NCBI GenBank assembly: GCA_003142035.1
Contig: PLOF01000074.1
Location: 51,205 to 95,401, forward strand
DNA length: 44,197 nt
Direction: 5' to 3'
DNA from: Candidatus Dormiibacterota bacterium
GTDB taxonomy: Bacteria > Chloroflexota > Dormibacteria > Aeolococcales > Aeolococcaceae
The notes under the pieces: model-generated
The model's database searches: none
What the model saw: the letters and a program-made list of their open reading frames with translations, nothing else
What the model was told of the DNA's origin: nothing
Program-made: the position numbers and the translations under genes
In this document: positions 1 to 9,051 of the stretch, piece after piece
Layout of the letters: every line of letters starts with the position of its first letter
How positions within the stretch are numbered: position 1 is the stretch's first letter

Positions 1-2
1 TC

Positions 3-539
3 GTCTGGCCGCAGTATCTGACCGCGCGCGGCTACGACAGCCTGGTCATCGGGCTCTCCATCTCCTTCTTCGCCGTGCCCATCCTCCTGCTCACCGGCAA
101 GGGCGGCCGGCTGAGCGACCGAGCCAACCGGCGGCTGCTGGTGCCCGCGGCGCTCTGCGGAGTGGCCGCCTGTGCCTCCACCTACCCATGGCTCCGCAGC
201 ATCTTCCCGATCCTCGCCGTCGGCACGGTCGAGTCGCTCGCCGTCATGCTCGTCGAGCCCTCCCTCTTCGCCGTCATCAGCGAGTCGACGGCGACTTCGC
301 TGCGGGGACGGGCGATGGGCATCGGTGGGCTCTTCGAGGCAGGCGGAGGTGCCTTCGGAGCCGGCGTGCTCGGTGCCCTCTACGGGATCGCCGAGCCCCT
401 CCCCTTCCTGGGCGGCGCCACCGTCTGCCTGCTGGCCGCCCTGGTGTGTGCGCGCGCCCTCCCCCGCCATCGCCCCGCCGGAGCGGCGCCGGACCTCCAA
501 CCGGCAGGCATCGCCCGCCCCGAGGTGGACGTCGTCTGA
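3..539 (+). CDS. MFS transporter, C-terminal part (5' truncated by window edge)
   Basis: Frame open from base 3 (VWPQYLTARGYDS...). Motif A-like GGRLSDRANRR, RGRAMG motif and multiple hydrophobic helices. Confidence 0.85.
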   Translation, partial: VWPQYLTARGYDSLVIGLSISFFAVPILLLTGKGGRLSDRANRRLLVPAALCGVAACASTYPWLRSIFPILAVGTVESLAVMLVEPSLFAVISESTATSLRGRAMGIGGLFEAGGGAFGAGVLGALYGIAEPLPFLGGATVCLLAALVCARALPRHRPAGAAPDLQPAGIARPEVDVV

Positions 540-648
540 GCCCGACGGGCGAGCAACGGCCGCAGGAGCTGCGGGCGGGAGATGTGGCAACGTGTCCGCC
601 GCAAGCAACGCAGGCGTGCGGCGATGTCTGCCGCACCAGGAGGGGCCC

Positions 649-1167
649 ATGTCCGTGATCGACGACATCCAGGAGGACAACCTGATGCGCGCGTCCCGCT
701 ACGACGTGCGTGCCGGCTCCCTGCACGCGATCCCGGCCCGGCACATCGCCGTGGTCGGCTGCATGGACGGGCGGATCGACCTTCCCGCCATCCTCGGGCT
801 GCAGACCGGGGATGCCCACCTCATCCGCAACGCGGGCGGCGTCGCCACCGATGACGTCATCCGCTCGCTGGTCGTCTCCCAGCGCATTCTCGGCACCCGC
901 GAGGTGATGCTGGTCCACCACACGGGGTGCGGGATGCTCGGCTTCCGCGATGACGATCTGAAGGCACAGATCGAGCAGGAGACCGGCGTCCGGCCGCCCT
1001 TTGCCCTCGAGGCCTTCTCCGACCTCGATGCCGACGTGCGGCAGTCGGTCAACCGCATCCGCCTCAGCCCCTACCTGCCGTACCGGGACGAGGTGCGGGG
1101 GTTCGTCTTCGATGTGCTGACCGGCCGCCTCCGGGAGGTGTACGCCGGTATCGCGGCGGGCGGCTGA
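649..1167 (+). CDS. Beta-class carbonic anhydrase (small, Rv1284-like clade)
   Basis: CMDGR, IRNAGG and HHTGCG zinc motifs; AGGAGG SD upstream of ATG 649. Confidence 0.92.
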   Translation: MSVIDDIQEDNLMRASRYDVRAGSLHAIPARHIAVVGCMDGRIDLPAILGLQTGDAHLIRNAGGVATDDVIRSLVVSQRILGTREVMLVHHTGCGMLGFRDDDLKAQIEQETGVRPPFALEAFSDLDADVRQSVNRIRLSPYLPYRDEVRGFVFDVLTGRLREVYAGIAAGG

Positions 1168-1944
1168 TCAGGCGAGCGCGGGGGGCATCGGCGGGAGCAG
1201 GGCGACCGTGGCCCCCACCGGGCCCGCATCCTCCCCGGGATTGCGTCCCCAGTAGCGGGAGAAGCGGCCGTCGAAGCCGATCACCCGCCCCCCCTGGCGC
1301 ACGTACGGAACGGCCTTCCAGTGCGGGGTGTGGCCATGGACCACGCGCCGGGCGCCGAAGCGGCGCAGATGCGCGTCGAGGCGCTCGCGGTCCTCGAAGG
1401 CTCGCCGCCCGATCAGGTGGCGGAGGAGCACGACCACCCCTCCAGGTTCCTGGCTCAATAGGCCGGTCGCAGCCCGGTTCACCGCCTCGACGCTCTCACC
1501 CAGGGCGGAGTAGTCGTCATCGTCGGTGTGCTGGACCAGGGTGCCGTCGTCGAGCAGCAGCATGACCGGCAGCCGGCGCAGCCAGGCCTCCATCTCCACG
1601 TCGCCGGCGAGCGCCTCGAGGTCGGCGGGGTCGCCCCGCCGCCGCCGCCAGACGGACTCCAGCAGCTCGCCGTCACCCGCCCGCAGCCGCTCCCCGCCGA
1701 GACGCCGCTCCTCGATCAGCGCCATCACGAGCAGGTCGTGGTTGCCCAGGATGGCCCGGCTGTGGCGCCGCTCCATGGCGATCCGGGCCGCCTTGAGGCC
1801 ACCTGCGTCGCCCGGCCGGCCACCGGTGAAGAAGTCGCCGAGGAAGACGGTCTCCACCTCGTCCTCGGGGAAGGCGGCCAGCGCCACAGAGAGGCGCTCG
1901 TGGTCGCCCTGGACGTCCCCGACGATGAGGACCGGCAGCGTCAT
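1168..1944 (-). CDS. Calcineurin-like metallophosphoesterase
   Basis: GDVQG, LGDF, GNHD, H and VHGHT motifs; ATG 1944 lies 6 nt after a TACCCT -10-like hexamer. Confidence 0.85.
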   Translation of the reverse strand: MTLPVLIVGDVQGDHERLSVALAAFPEDEVETVFLGDFFTGGRPGDAGGLKAARIAMERRHSRAILGNHDLLVMALIEERRLGGERLRAGDGELLESVWRRRRGDPADLEALAGDVEMEAWLRRLPVMLLLDDGTLVQHTDDDDYSALGESVEAVNRAATGLLSQEPGGVVVLLRHLIGRRAFEDRERLDAHLRRFGARRVVHGHTPHWKAVPYVRQGGRVIGFDGRFSRYWGRNPGEDAGPVGATVALLPPMPPALA

Positions 1945-1995
1945 CGGCTCAGGGTACCGGGGACGGAGGGCAAAGGCCATGGCCCGATGGGAAGT

Positions 1996-2308
1996 GGAGG
2001 GAGGTCCGCCCCACCTCCGAGAGGAGGAGGGACGTGCGTGTCTGATGGGGGTTAAGGACAGCGAAGTCCTTAACAGGGTGCTGAAGAACCCCCGACGAGG
2101 GATGTCGTTCCCAGACCGGTGAGGCGAAGGAGCCGACGAGGAGGCGAGGGAGCATACCTGCAGGTATTCGACCGAGCCCCCGCAGGAGGCGACGCACGCA
2201 TCGCCGAGGATGGGGGCGGCAGGACCGTCGGGGGTTCTTCCGCACCCTGTTAGGGGGTTTGAAGGGTGGGGTGCGTCCCTCGCCTTCCACAAGGTGGGGA
2301 TGCCCTCC
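1996..2308. repeat. Long imperfect inverted-repeat (REP/hairpin-like) element hosting the MITE
   Basis: Nested complementary blocks: GGAGGG 1996/CCCTCC 2303, CCCCACCT 2009/AGGTGGGG 2292, GAGGGACG 2027/CGTCCCTC 2274; core palindrome GTTAAGGAC-N6-GTCCTTAAC at 2051-2074. Confidence 0.6.
2071..2252. mobile_element. MITE (non-autonomous element, no transposase)
   Basis: 27-bp terminal inverted repeats, 26/27 identical (TAACAGGGTGCTGAAGAACCCCCGACG 2071-2097; CGTCGGGGGTTCTTCCGCACCCTGTTA 2226-2252); TA at both ends; internal palindrome ATACCTGCAGGTAT. Confidence 0.8.
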
Positions 2309-2384
2309 GGCGGGCACGGAGCCCCGGACGCGGGGGCCGGGGGAGAGCCGACCGATCAGACTGAAGTGACGCCCTCGGTGCGGT

Positions 2385-3836
2385 TCAGCCGGCCAGGGTG
2401 CCGGCCAGCTTGCGGGTGCGGGCGACCGCGGCCGCGGCCCGGGTCAGGGCGCGGCCGACCGTCCGCGGGCCGGGCCCGCCGGGCAGCTCGCGGCGGCGCA
2501 GCGCCGCGTCGACGTCGAAGAGCGCCACGACCTCGCCGTCGAATCGGTCGGAGAGCTGCCGCCACTCCCCGACGCTCAGATCGGCGAGCGTCCTGCGCTC
2601 GGCGACGCAGCGCCGCACCGCGGCGCCCACCAGCGCGTGGGCCTCGCGGAAGGGCATGCCGCGCGCCACCAGGTGCTCGGCGACGTCGGTGGCGAGCAGC
2701 ATCGGATCGGATGCGGCGCGGCGCATCGCCGCCACGTCGAAACGGAGCCGGCGGACCACGTCGGCGAGGATGCCGAGCGTCGCCAGGCTCGTGTCCACGG
2801 CGTCGAAGAGCGGTTCCTTGTCCTCCTGGAGGTCCCGGTTATAGGCGAGCGGCAGCCCCTTGAGGACGGTCAGCAGCGCGACCAGGTCGCCGGTCACTCG
2901 GCCCACCCGGCCCCGGGCCAGCTCGAGGACGTCGGGATTCTTCTTCTGCGGCATCAGCGAGGAACCGGTGGCGTGGGTGTCGGGCAGCTCGGCGAAACCG
3001 AACTCCGCGGTGGTCCAGAGCACGATCTCCTCGGCCAGCCGGGAGAGATGGACCATCAGCAGCGCGCAGGTCGAGACCAGCTCCACCACGAAGTCGCGGT
3101 CGGAGACGGCATCGAGGCTGTTGGCGCTGAGCGCCGCGAAGCCGAGCGCGCGCTGGGTGCTGGCGCGGTCGATGGGCAGCGTGGTGCCGGCCAGCGCCCC
3201 GCTGCCGAGCGGCAGCACGTCGCAGCGGCGGTAGCCGTCGCCCAGCCGCTCCGCGTCGCGCTGGAGCATCTCGACGTAGGCCAGCAGGTGGTGGGCGAGC
3301 GAGACGACCTGGGCACGCTGGGTGTGGGTGTACCCGGGCAGCGGGGTGGCCCGGTGCTCGACCGCGCGTCCGAGCAGCGCCTGCTGCAGCCCGGCGCAGC
3401 CGAGCATCAGGTCGACGGTGCGGCGCCGGCACCAGAGGCGCAGATCGGTGGCCACCTGGTCGTTGCGACTGCGACCGGTGTGCAGCCGGCCGGCGACCGG
3501 TCCGATCAGCTCGTGGAGGCGGCGCTCCACGGCGGCGTGGATGTCCTCGTCGGCCGGGTCGACGGCGAAGTCACCCCGGTCCAGCTCGCGACCCACGGCG
3601 CGCAGGCCGGCGAGGAGGGCGCGGAGGTCACCAGCCGTGATGAGGCCGACCTCGCGGAGCATCCGGGCGTGGGCGATCGACCCCTCGATGTCCTCGGCGT
3701 GGAGCCGGAGGTCGAACCCGAGGCTGCTCGTGTACTCCTCCACCCCCCGGGCGGTGCGGGTCCCCAGCCGCCCCTCCCAGACCTTGGAGGGGGCGCGCCG
3801 TGCCGGCTCGGGGTCCTTGCGCTTGCCCCGCGCCAT
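2385..3836 (-). CDS. argH: Argininosuccinate lyase
   Basis: HTGRSRNDQ and GSSLMPQKKNPD signature; arg operon context. Confidence 0.97.
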   Translation of the reverse strand: MARGKRKDPEPARRAPSKVWEGRLGTRTARGVEEYTSSLGFDLRLHAEDIEGSIAHARMLREVGLITAGDLRALLAGLRAVGRELDRGDFAVDPADEDIHAAVERRLHELIGPVAGRLHTGRSRNDQVATDLRLWCRRRTVDLMLGCAGLQQALLGRAVEHRATPLPGYTHTQRAQVVSLAHHLLAYVEMLQRDAERLGDGYRRCDVLPLGSGALAGTTLPIDRASTQRALGFAALSANSLDAVSDRDFVVELVSTCALLMVHLSRLAEEIVLWTTAEFGFAELPDTHATGSSLMPQKKNPDVLELARGRVGRVTGDLVALLTVLKGLPLAYNRDLQEDKEPLFDAVDTSLATLGILADVVRRLRFDVAAMRRAASDPMLLATDVAEHLVARGMPFREAHALVGAAVRRCVAERRTLADLSVGEWRQLSDRFDGEVVALFDVDAALRRRELPGGPGPRTVGRALTRAAAAVARTRKLAGTLAG

Positions 3837-5086
3837 CAGCGCCGCCTGACCTTGCGCTCGAGGCTGAGCGGAACGCTGTCCTCCAGGGCTCCCTGGATGC
3901 GCGCCTGGGTCCGCAGCGGCAGACCGAACAGCTCGATGAAGCCCCGCGCCGCGGAGTGGTCAAAGGTGTCCTCGCGGCGGTCGTACGTCGCCAGCTCCTC
4001 GCGGTAAAGGGAGCCGGGCGCGCGCCGCCCGGCGACGCTCACGGTGCCGCGCCAGAGGCGGAGCTTGACCTCGCCGCTCACCGGCTCCTGGGTCACGGCG
4101 ACGAAGGCGGCGAGGGCGCTGCGCAGCTGGCCAAACCAGAGGCCGTCGTAGACCAGCCGGGCCCACTCGTCGCCGAGGCGGCGCTTGAGATGGAAGACGT
4201 CACGGCCCAGGGTCAGCGTCTCCAGGGCGGTGTGGGCGGCGTGGAGCACGACCGCGGCCGGCGCCTCGTAGATCTCGCGGGACTTGATCCCGACCAGACG
4301 GTTCTCGACGTGGTCGATCCGGCCGACCCCGTGGGCACCGGCGAGGGCATTGAGCCGGGTGACCAGGATGTCCCCGGTGAGCCGCTCACCGTCCAGGGTC
4401 ACCGGGATGCCGTGCTCGAAACCGAGTGAGATCAGAAGCCCCTCCTCGGGGGCCAGGTGCGGATCCACGGTCCAGGCGAAGACGTCCTCGGTGGGCTCCC
4501 GCCACGGGTCCTCCAGGGGACCAGCCTCAATGCTGCGCCCCCAGATGTTGGCGTCCACCGAGTACGGGGACTGCTGGGTGACGGGGACCTCGATGCCGTG
4601 CTCGCGGGCGAATTCGATCTCCTGGGGACGGCCCATCTCCCAGTCGCGGACGGGGGCGATCACCTCCAGCTCCGGTGCCAGAGCGGCGGTGGCGACGTCG
4701 AAGCGGACCTGGTCGTTGCCCTTGCCGGTGCAGCCGTGGGCAATCGCCTCCGCGCCCTCGTCGCGGGCGACGTCGACCAGGATTTTCGCGATCAGGGGCC
4801 GGGCCAGAGCGGTGGCCAGGGGATAGACGCCCTCGTACATCGCCGAGGCGGCAAGCGTCGGAAAGCAGAACTCCTCGATGAAGAGGCGGCGCGCGTCGAT
4901 GGAGTAGGCGGCCACCGCCCCGGTGCGCAGGGCCCGGTCGGTGACCTCCTCGATGTTCTTGGCCTCACCGATGTCGGCGGTGCAGGTGATCACCTCGTAG
5001 CCGAGCCGCTCCTGGAGCCAGCGGATCGACACCGAGGTGTCGAGACCGCCGGAATATGCGAGGACGCAGCGCTTGGGCTTGCTCAC
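3836..5086 (-). CDS. argG: Argininosuccinate synthase
   Basis: LAYSGGLDTS, HGCTGKGNDQVRF and ENRLVGIKSREIYE motifs. Confidence 0.97.
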   Translation of the reverse strand: MSKPKRCVLAYSGGLDTSVSIRWLQERLGYEVITCTADIGEAKNIEEVTDRALRTGAVAAYSIDARRLFIEEFCFPTLAASAMYEGVYPLATALARPLIAKILVDVARDEGAEAIAHGCTGKGNDQVRFDVATAALAPELEVIAPVRDWEMGRPQEIEFAREHGIEVPVTQQSPYSVDANIWGRSIEAGPLEDPWREPTEDVFAWTVDPHLAPEEGLLISLGFEHGIPVTLDGERLTGDILVTRLNALAGAHGVGRIDHVENRLVGIKSREIYEAPAAVVLHAAHTALETLTLGRDVFHLKRRLGDEWARLVYDGLWFGQLRSALAAFVAVTQEPVSGEVKLRLWRGTVSVAGRRAPGSLYREELATYDRREDTFDHSAARGFIELFGLPLRTQARIQGALEDSVPLSLERKVRRR

Positions 5087-5628
5087 CGGACACCTCCGTG
5101 ACCGCTCGGATGATTGCCTTCCAGAGCGCGGGCAGCGGTCGGCCCCCCGCCCAACGCGTCGCGCAACCGCTCCGCGAGCCGGCGCGCGCCCGGCCGCGAG
5201 CGGACCACGACCAGGACCGTGTCATCGCCCGCGACCGTGCCGGCGACCTCGTCGAAGTGGGCGGAGTCGATGAGTGCCGCCACGAGCGGCGCGCTGCTCG
5301 GGCGCGTGCGCAGGATCCCGATGTGCTCCACGAACTCCATGGAGCGGACATGTTCGCGCATGACCGCGCGCAGCCGGGTGCTGAGCGGTGACGGCTCGTC
5401 GGTGGCGGCAGCCGCCACATAGCGGAGTCCATCCGGGTCATGGACACGGGCCAGTCCCAGCTCCCGGATGTCCCGGGACACGGTGGCCTGGGTGGCATCG
5501 AGGCCGCGGCGGTGCAGGGCGGCCACGATCTCGTCCTGGGTGCGCACCTTCCGGTCCCGGACCAGGTCGAGGATGGCCTGCTGCCGCTCCGTCTTGGCCG
5601 CGGGGACGACAGCGGAGATGACGTTCAC
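5083..5628 (-). CDS. argR: Arginine repressor
   Basis: TQATVSRD winged-helix motif and GTVAGDDT arginine-binding motif. Confidence 0.95.
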   Translation of the reverse strand: MNVISAVVPAAKTERQQAILDLVRDRKVRTQDEIVAALHRRGLDATQATVSRDIRELGLARVHDPDGLRYVAAAATDEPSPLSTRLRAVMREHVRSMEFVEHIGILRTRPSSAPLVAALIDSAHFDEVAGTVAGDDTVLVVVRSRPGARRLAERLRDALGGGPTAARALEGNHPSGHGGVR

Positions 5629-6887
5629 GGCTTCCCGCCCTCGGGCGTCGCACCCGTGCGCGCGGCGGCGGCGGCCACCAGGTCGAAGGCGGCGGCCAGC
5701 CGTTCGACCGCCTCGTCGGCCTGTGCCTCACTGAGGATGAGCGGCGGGACGAGCCGGAGCGCCGAGGCCCCGGTCGCGGTGATGAGGAGGCCGCCCCGGA
5801 GCGCGGTCTCAACCAGCTGCTGCGCCACCGGCTGGGTGAGGACGACGCCGAGCATCAGGCCTCGACCCCGCACCTCGGCGATGGGCGCGCCCGCCTGGGC
5901 GAGCCGGAGCAGACCAGCACGAAGGCGCTCGCCGACCCGTGCGGCGCTCTCGACCAGCCCCTCACGCAGGATGGCGTCGATGACGGCGGCCGCCACCGCG
6001 GTCACCAAGGGACCGCCACCGAAGGTCGAGCCGTGGTCGCTCAGGGTGAAGATGTCGGCACGCGGCCCGGCGAGGGTGGCGCCGATGGGCAGCCCGCCAC
6101 CCAACCCCTTGGCCACCGCCATCACGTCGGGGACGATCCCGGCGTGCTGATGCGCCCACCACCTCCCGGTGCGCCCCATCCCGCTCTGGATCTCGTCGAG
6201 CATGAGCAGAAGGTTGCGCTCGTCACAGAGGCGACGCAGGCCCCGCAGGGTCTCGTCGCTCATCGGCACGACCCCGGACTGGCCCTCGATCGGCTCCATG
6301 AGCACGGCCACGGTGCTGTCGTCAATGGCGCTCTCGACCGCGCCGAGATCGTCGTAGGCGACGTGGATGAAACCACGTGGCAGCGGCTCGAACGGCTCGC
6401 GATAGTGACGGTTGGCGGTGGCCGCCAGCGCGCCCATGGTGCGGCCGTGGAACGCGCCCCGCGCGCAGATGATGGTGGACGCGCCGTTGCGGTTCAGCTT
6501 CCCCCACTTGCGGGCGATCTTGATGGCGGTCTCGATCGCCTCCGCCCCGCTGTTGCAGAAGTAGACCCGGCTCGGGAAGGCGGTGGCCACCAGCTTCTCC
6601 GCAGCCTCCAGCTGGGGCTCGGAGAAGTAGAGATTGCTCAGGTGGATGGCGCGGGCGGCCTGCTCGACCAGAATGCCCAGCACCGCCGGATGCGCGTGCC
6701 CCAGCACGTTGACGGCGATCCCGCCGGCCAGGTCGAGATACTCACGGCCGTCGACGTCGGTGAGGATGCAACCCTTGCCGGTGCGCATCGCCACCCTTTG
6801 GGGCGCGTACGTGTGCATGAGCACGGTGGCCGCCCGCTCCTCGATGGCGGAGAAAGCAGCGCTCATCTCGGGAGCCGGTTGGCTCAC
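5625..6887 (-). CDS. argD: Acetylornithine aminotransferase
   Basis: Class III PLP motifs NSGAEA, FHGRT, DEIQSGMGRTG, AKGLGGG, HGSTFGG; GTG start in a GTGA overlap with the argB stop. Confidence 0.93.
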   Translation of the reverse strand: MSQPAPEMSAAFSAIEERAATVLMHTYAPQRVAMRTGKGCILTDVDGREYLDLAGGIAVNVLGHAHPAVLGILVEQAARAIHLSNLYFSEPQLEAAEKLVATAFPSRVYFCNSGAEAIETAIKIARKWGKLNRNGASTIICARGAFHGRTMGALAATANRHYREPFEPLPRGFIHVAYDDLGAVESAIDDSTVAVLMEPIEGQSGVVPMSDETLRGLRRLCDERNLLLMLDEIQSGMGRTGRWWAHQHAGIVPDVMAVAKGLGGGLPIGATLAGPRADIFTLSDHGSTFGGGPLVTAVAAAVIDAILREGLVESAARVGERLRAGLLRLAQAGAPIAEVRGRGLMLGVVLTQPVAQQLVETALRGGLLITATGASALRLVPPLILSEAQADEAVERLAAAFDLVAAAAARTGATPEGGKP

Positions 6888-7768
6888 CGGGTCACCATGG
6901 TGCCGACGCCCTTCTCGGTGAGCAGCTCCAGTAGCAGAGAGTGGGAGACGCGGCCGTCGATGATGTGCGAGGCCGTGACCGTGTCGAGGGCGCGCAGCGC
7001 CGCGCGCACCTTGGGGATCATGCCGCCGTGGATGGCGCCGCTCTCGATCAACCGGTCGGCGGCCGCCGCGTCCAGAGCGCTGATCAGCTCCCCATCCGCA
7101 TCGCGCACGCCCTCCACATCGGTGAGCAGCACCAGCTTGGTCGCCTTGAGCGCGATGGCCAGCTCGGCGGCCACCGTGTCGGCGTTGACGTTGTAGGCGT
7201 CGCCGTCGACACCCAGGCCGATGGAGGCGATCACCGGGATGCGCCCCTGGTCGAGCACGGAGACGATCGGCTCGGCGTTGACCTGGTCGACCTCGCCGAC
7301 GAAGCCGAGATCCTGACCGTTTTCGGGGCCACGCGGGCGGACCAGCAGGGTGGGACCGTCCTCGCCGCTCATCCCCACCGCCTGGCCGCCGAGCCGGTGG
7401 ATGCGGCTCACCAACTCGGGGCCGATCTTGCCGGTGAGCACCATCTTCACCACCTCCATGGTGGCTCCGTCGGTGACCCGCAACCCGTTGACGAACCTCG
7501 GCTCGATGCCAAGGCGCTTCTGCCACGAGGAGATCTCGGGGCCGCCGCCGTGGACCAGCACGGGGCGCATGCCGACGAAGCGGAGCAGCACCACGTCCTG
7601 GAGAAAGGCGTCGACATCCTCGCCGATCGCCGCTCCGCCGAGCTTGATCACCAGGGTGTGGCCGGAGAAGCGCCGGATGTAGGGAAGCGCCTCGACGAGC
7701 ACCTCGGCCCGCCGGATCCGCTCCTCCATGGTCTCGACTTGGGTGGTCATGGAGATCTCCGTGCTCAT
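6884..7768 (-). CDS. argB: Acetylglutamate kinase
   Basis: VIKLGG, VHGGGP, NVNAD and GGMIPK motifs; ATGA overlap with argJ. Confidence 0.96.
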   Translation of the reverse strand: MSTEISMTTQVETMEERIRRAEVLVEALPYIRRFSGHTLVIKLGGAAIGEDVDAFLQDVVLLRFVGMRPVLVHGGGPEISSWQKRLGIEPRFVNGLRVTDGATMEVVKMVLTGKIGPELVSRIHRLGGQAVGMSGEDGPTLLVRPRGPENGQDLGFVGEVDQVNAEPIVSVLDQGRIPVIASIGLGVDGDAYNVNADTVAAELAIALKATKLVLLTDVEGVRDADGELISALDAAAADRLIESGAIHGGMIPKVRAALRALDTVTASHIIDGRVSHSLLLELLTEKGVGTMVTR

Positions 7769-9051
7769 GTGGTGTACTCCGCATTGATCCGCACGTAGCC
7801 GGCGGTCAGGTCGCATCCCCAGGCGTGGCCGCGCCCGTCACCGGCACCGAGATCGATGTCGATCTCGCTCCGGGGCTCGCGCAGCGCAGCGACGACCGGG
7901 CTCAGGTCGGTGTCGAGGGGCGCCCCGTGCTCGAAGACGGTGGTGCCCGCGAAGGTCACCCGGACCCGGTCGAGGCTGAAATGGGCCCCGCTCCGGCCCA
8001 GCGCCGCGACGATCCGTCCCCAGTTGGGATCGGCTCCGTGGACGGCCGTCTTGACGAGCGGGGAGACGGCCACGGTGCGGGCGGCAAGGCGGGCCTCGGC
8101 GTCGTCGCGACCGCCGGCGACGGTCACCCGGAAGTGCTTGGTGGCGCCCTCCGCGTCGGCGACCACCTGCTCCGCCAGCGACTCGCAGACGCCCAGGAAG
8201 GCGTCGCGAAGAGCCGCGAAGCCGGCTCCGCCCGGCACCAGCGCCGGCCCGCCCGCGGCGCCGTTGGCCAGCGCGAAGAGGGTGTCGTTGGTAGAGGTGT
8301 CACCGTCGACGGTGATCGAGTTGAAGCTGGATTCGGCGACCTCGGTAAGCAGCGCCTGGAGGTCCGGGGCGGCGACGTCCGCGTCGGTCGTGACCAGGGC
8401 GAGCAGGGTCGCCATGTCGGGGTGGATCATCCCGGCGCCCTTCGCCATCCCGCCCACCCGCTGCTCCACGCCGTCGACGGTGAAAGTGGCGTTCGCCATC
8501 TTGGGGACGGTGTCGGTGGTCATGATCGCCCGGGCGGCCAGCTCACCGGCCTCCCTGCTCTGGCTGCGCGCGGCAGCGCGGAGACCGTCGGCGACCCGCT
8601 CCATGGGCAGCGGACGGCCGATCACGCCGGTGCTGCAGACCAGCACCTCGACGGGATCGCGGCCCAGAGCTCCGGCGGTGAGCGCGCACATCCGGAGCGC
8701 ATCGCGCAACCCCTGGGCGCCCGTGCAGGCATTGGCATTGCCGGCGTTGGCGACGACGGCGTGGATCGGGGTTCCGCGGCGCAGGGTGAGCTGGGAGATG
8801 ACCACCGGCGCGGCCTTGACCAGGTTCCGGGTGAAGACGCCGGCGCCCGCGCAGGGGCGATCGCTCAGGACCACCGCGATGTCGGCGCGCGTCATGTCGC
8901 CGTCGCCGCGGATGCCGGCCGCGGCGGTGCCAGCGCTGAAGCCGCGCGGCGTGCAGACGCCGACGCCCACCGCGACATCCGCCGCGGAGGCGTCCGTATC
9001 GGAGGCGCCCGTCTCGGAGGCTTCCGTCTCGGAGGTGCCGGTCTGGGTCAT
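7765..9051 (-). CDS. argJ: Ornithine acetyltransferase / N-acetylglutamate synthase
   Basis: IMTTDT, KGAGMIHPDMAT autoproteolysis site, DGDTSTND and DPNWGR; start 9051 (ATGA overlap with argC) or 9057. Confidence 0.96.
   Translation of the reverse strand: MTQTGTSETEASETGASDTDASAADVAVGVGVCTPRGFSAGTAAAGIRGDGDMTRADIAVVLSDRPCAGAGVFTRNLVKAAPVVISQLTLRRGTPIHAVVANAGNANACTGAQGLRDALRMCALTAGALGRDPVEVLVCSTGVIGRPLPMERVADGLRAAARSQSREAGELAARAIMTTDTVPKMANATFTVDGVEQRVGGMAKGAGMIHPDMATLLALVTTDADVAAPDLQALLTEVAESSFNSITVDGDTSTNDTLFALANGAAGGPALVPGGAGFAALRDAFLGVCESLAEQVVADAEGATKHFRVTVAGGRDDAEARLAARTVAVSPLVKTAVHGADPNWGRIVAALGRSGAHFSLDRVRVTFAGTTVFEHGAPLDTDLSPVVAALREPRSEIDIDLGAGDGRGHAWGCDLTAGYVRINAEYTT
8986..9045. repeat. 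4 x 15-bp tandem repeat in the argJ 5' region
   Basis: GGAGGCGTCCGTATC / GGAGGCGCCCGTCTC / GGAGGCTTCCGTCTC / GGAGGTGCCGGTCTG, encoding QTGTS-ETEAS-ETGAS-DTDAS on the minus strand. Confidence 0.8.

Noticed and set aside
540-648. Riboswitch or ECF promoter upstream of carbonic anhydrase (three GCAACG, hairpin before SD)
   Set aside because: No recognisable aptamer consensus, and the motifs are too short to support without a search.
5625-7784. Apparent long N-terminal extensions or fusions (ArgD 719 aa, GH15 817 aa, HisD 599 aa, helicase 1124 aa)
   Set aside because: The extensions overlap upstream genes in another frame; real starts coincide with stop/start overlaps.
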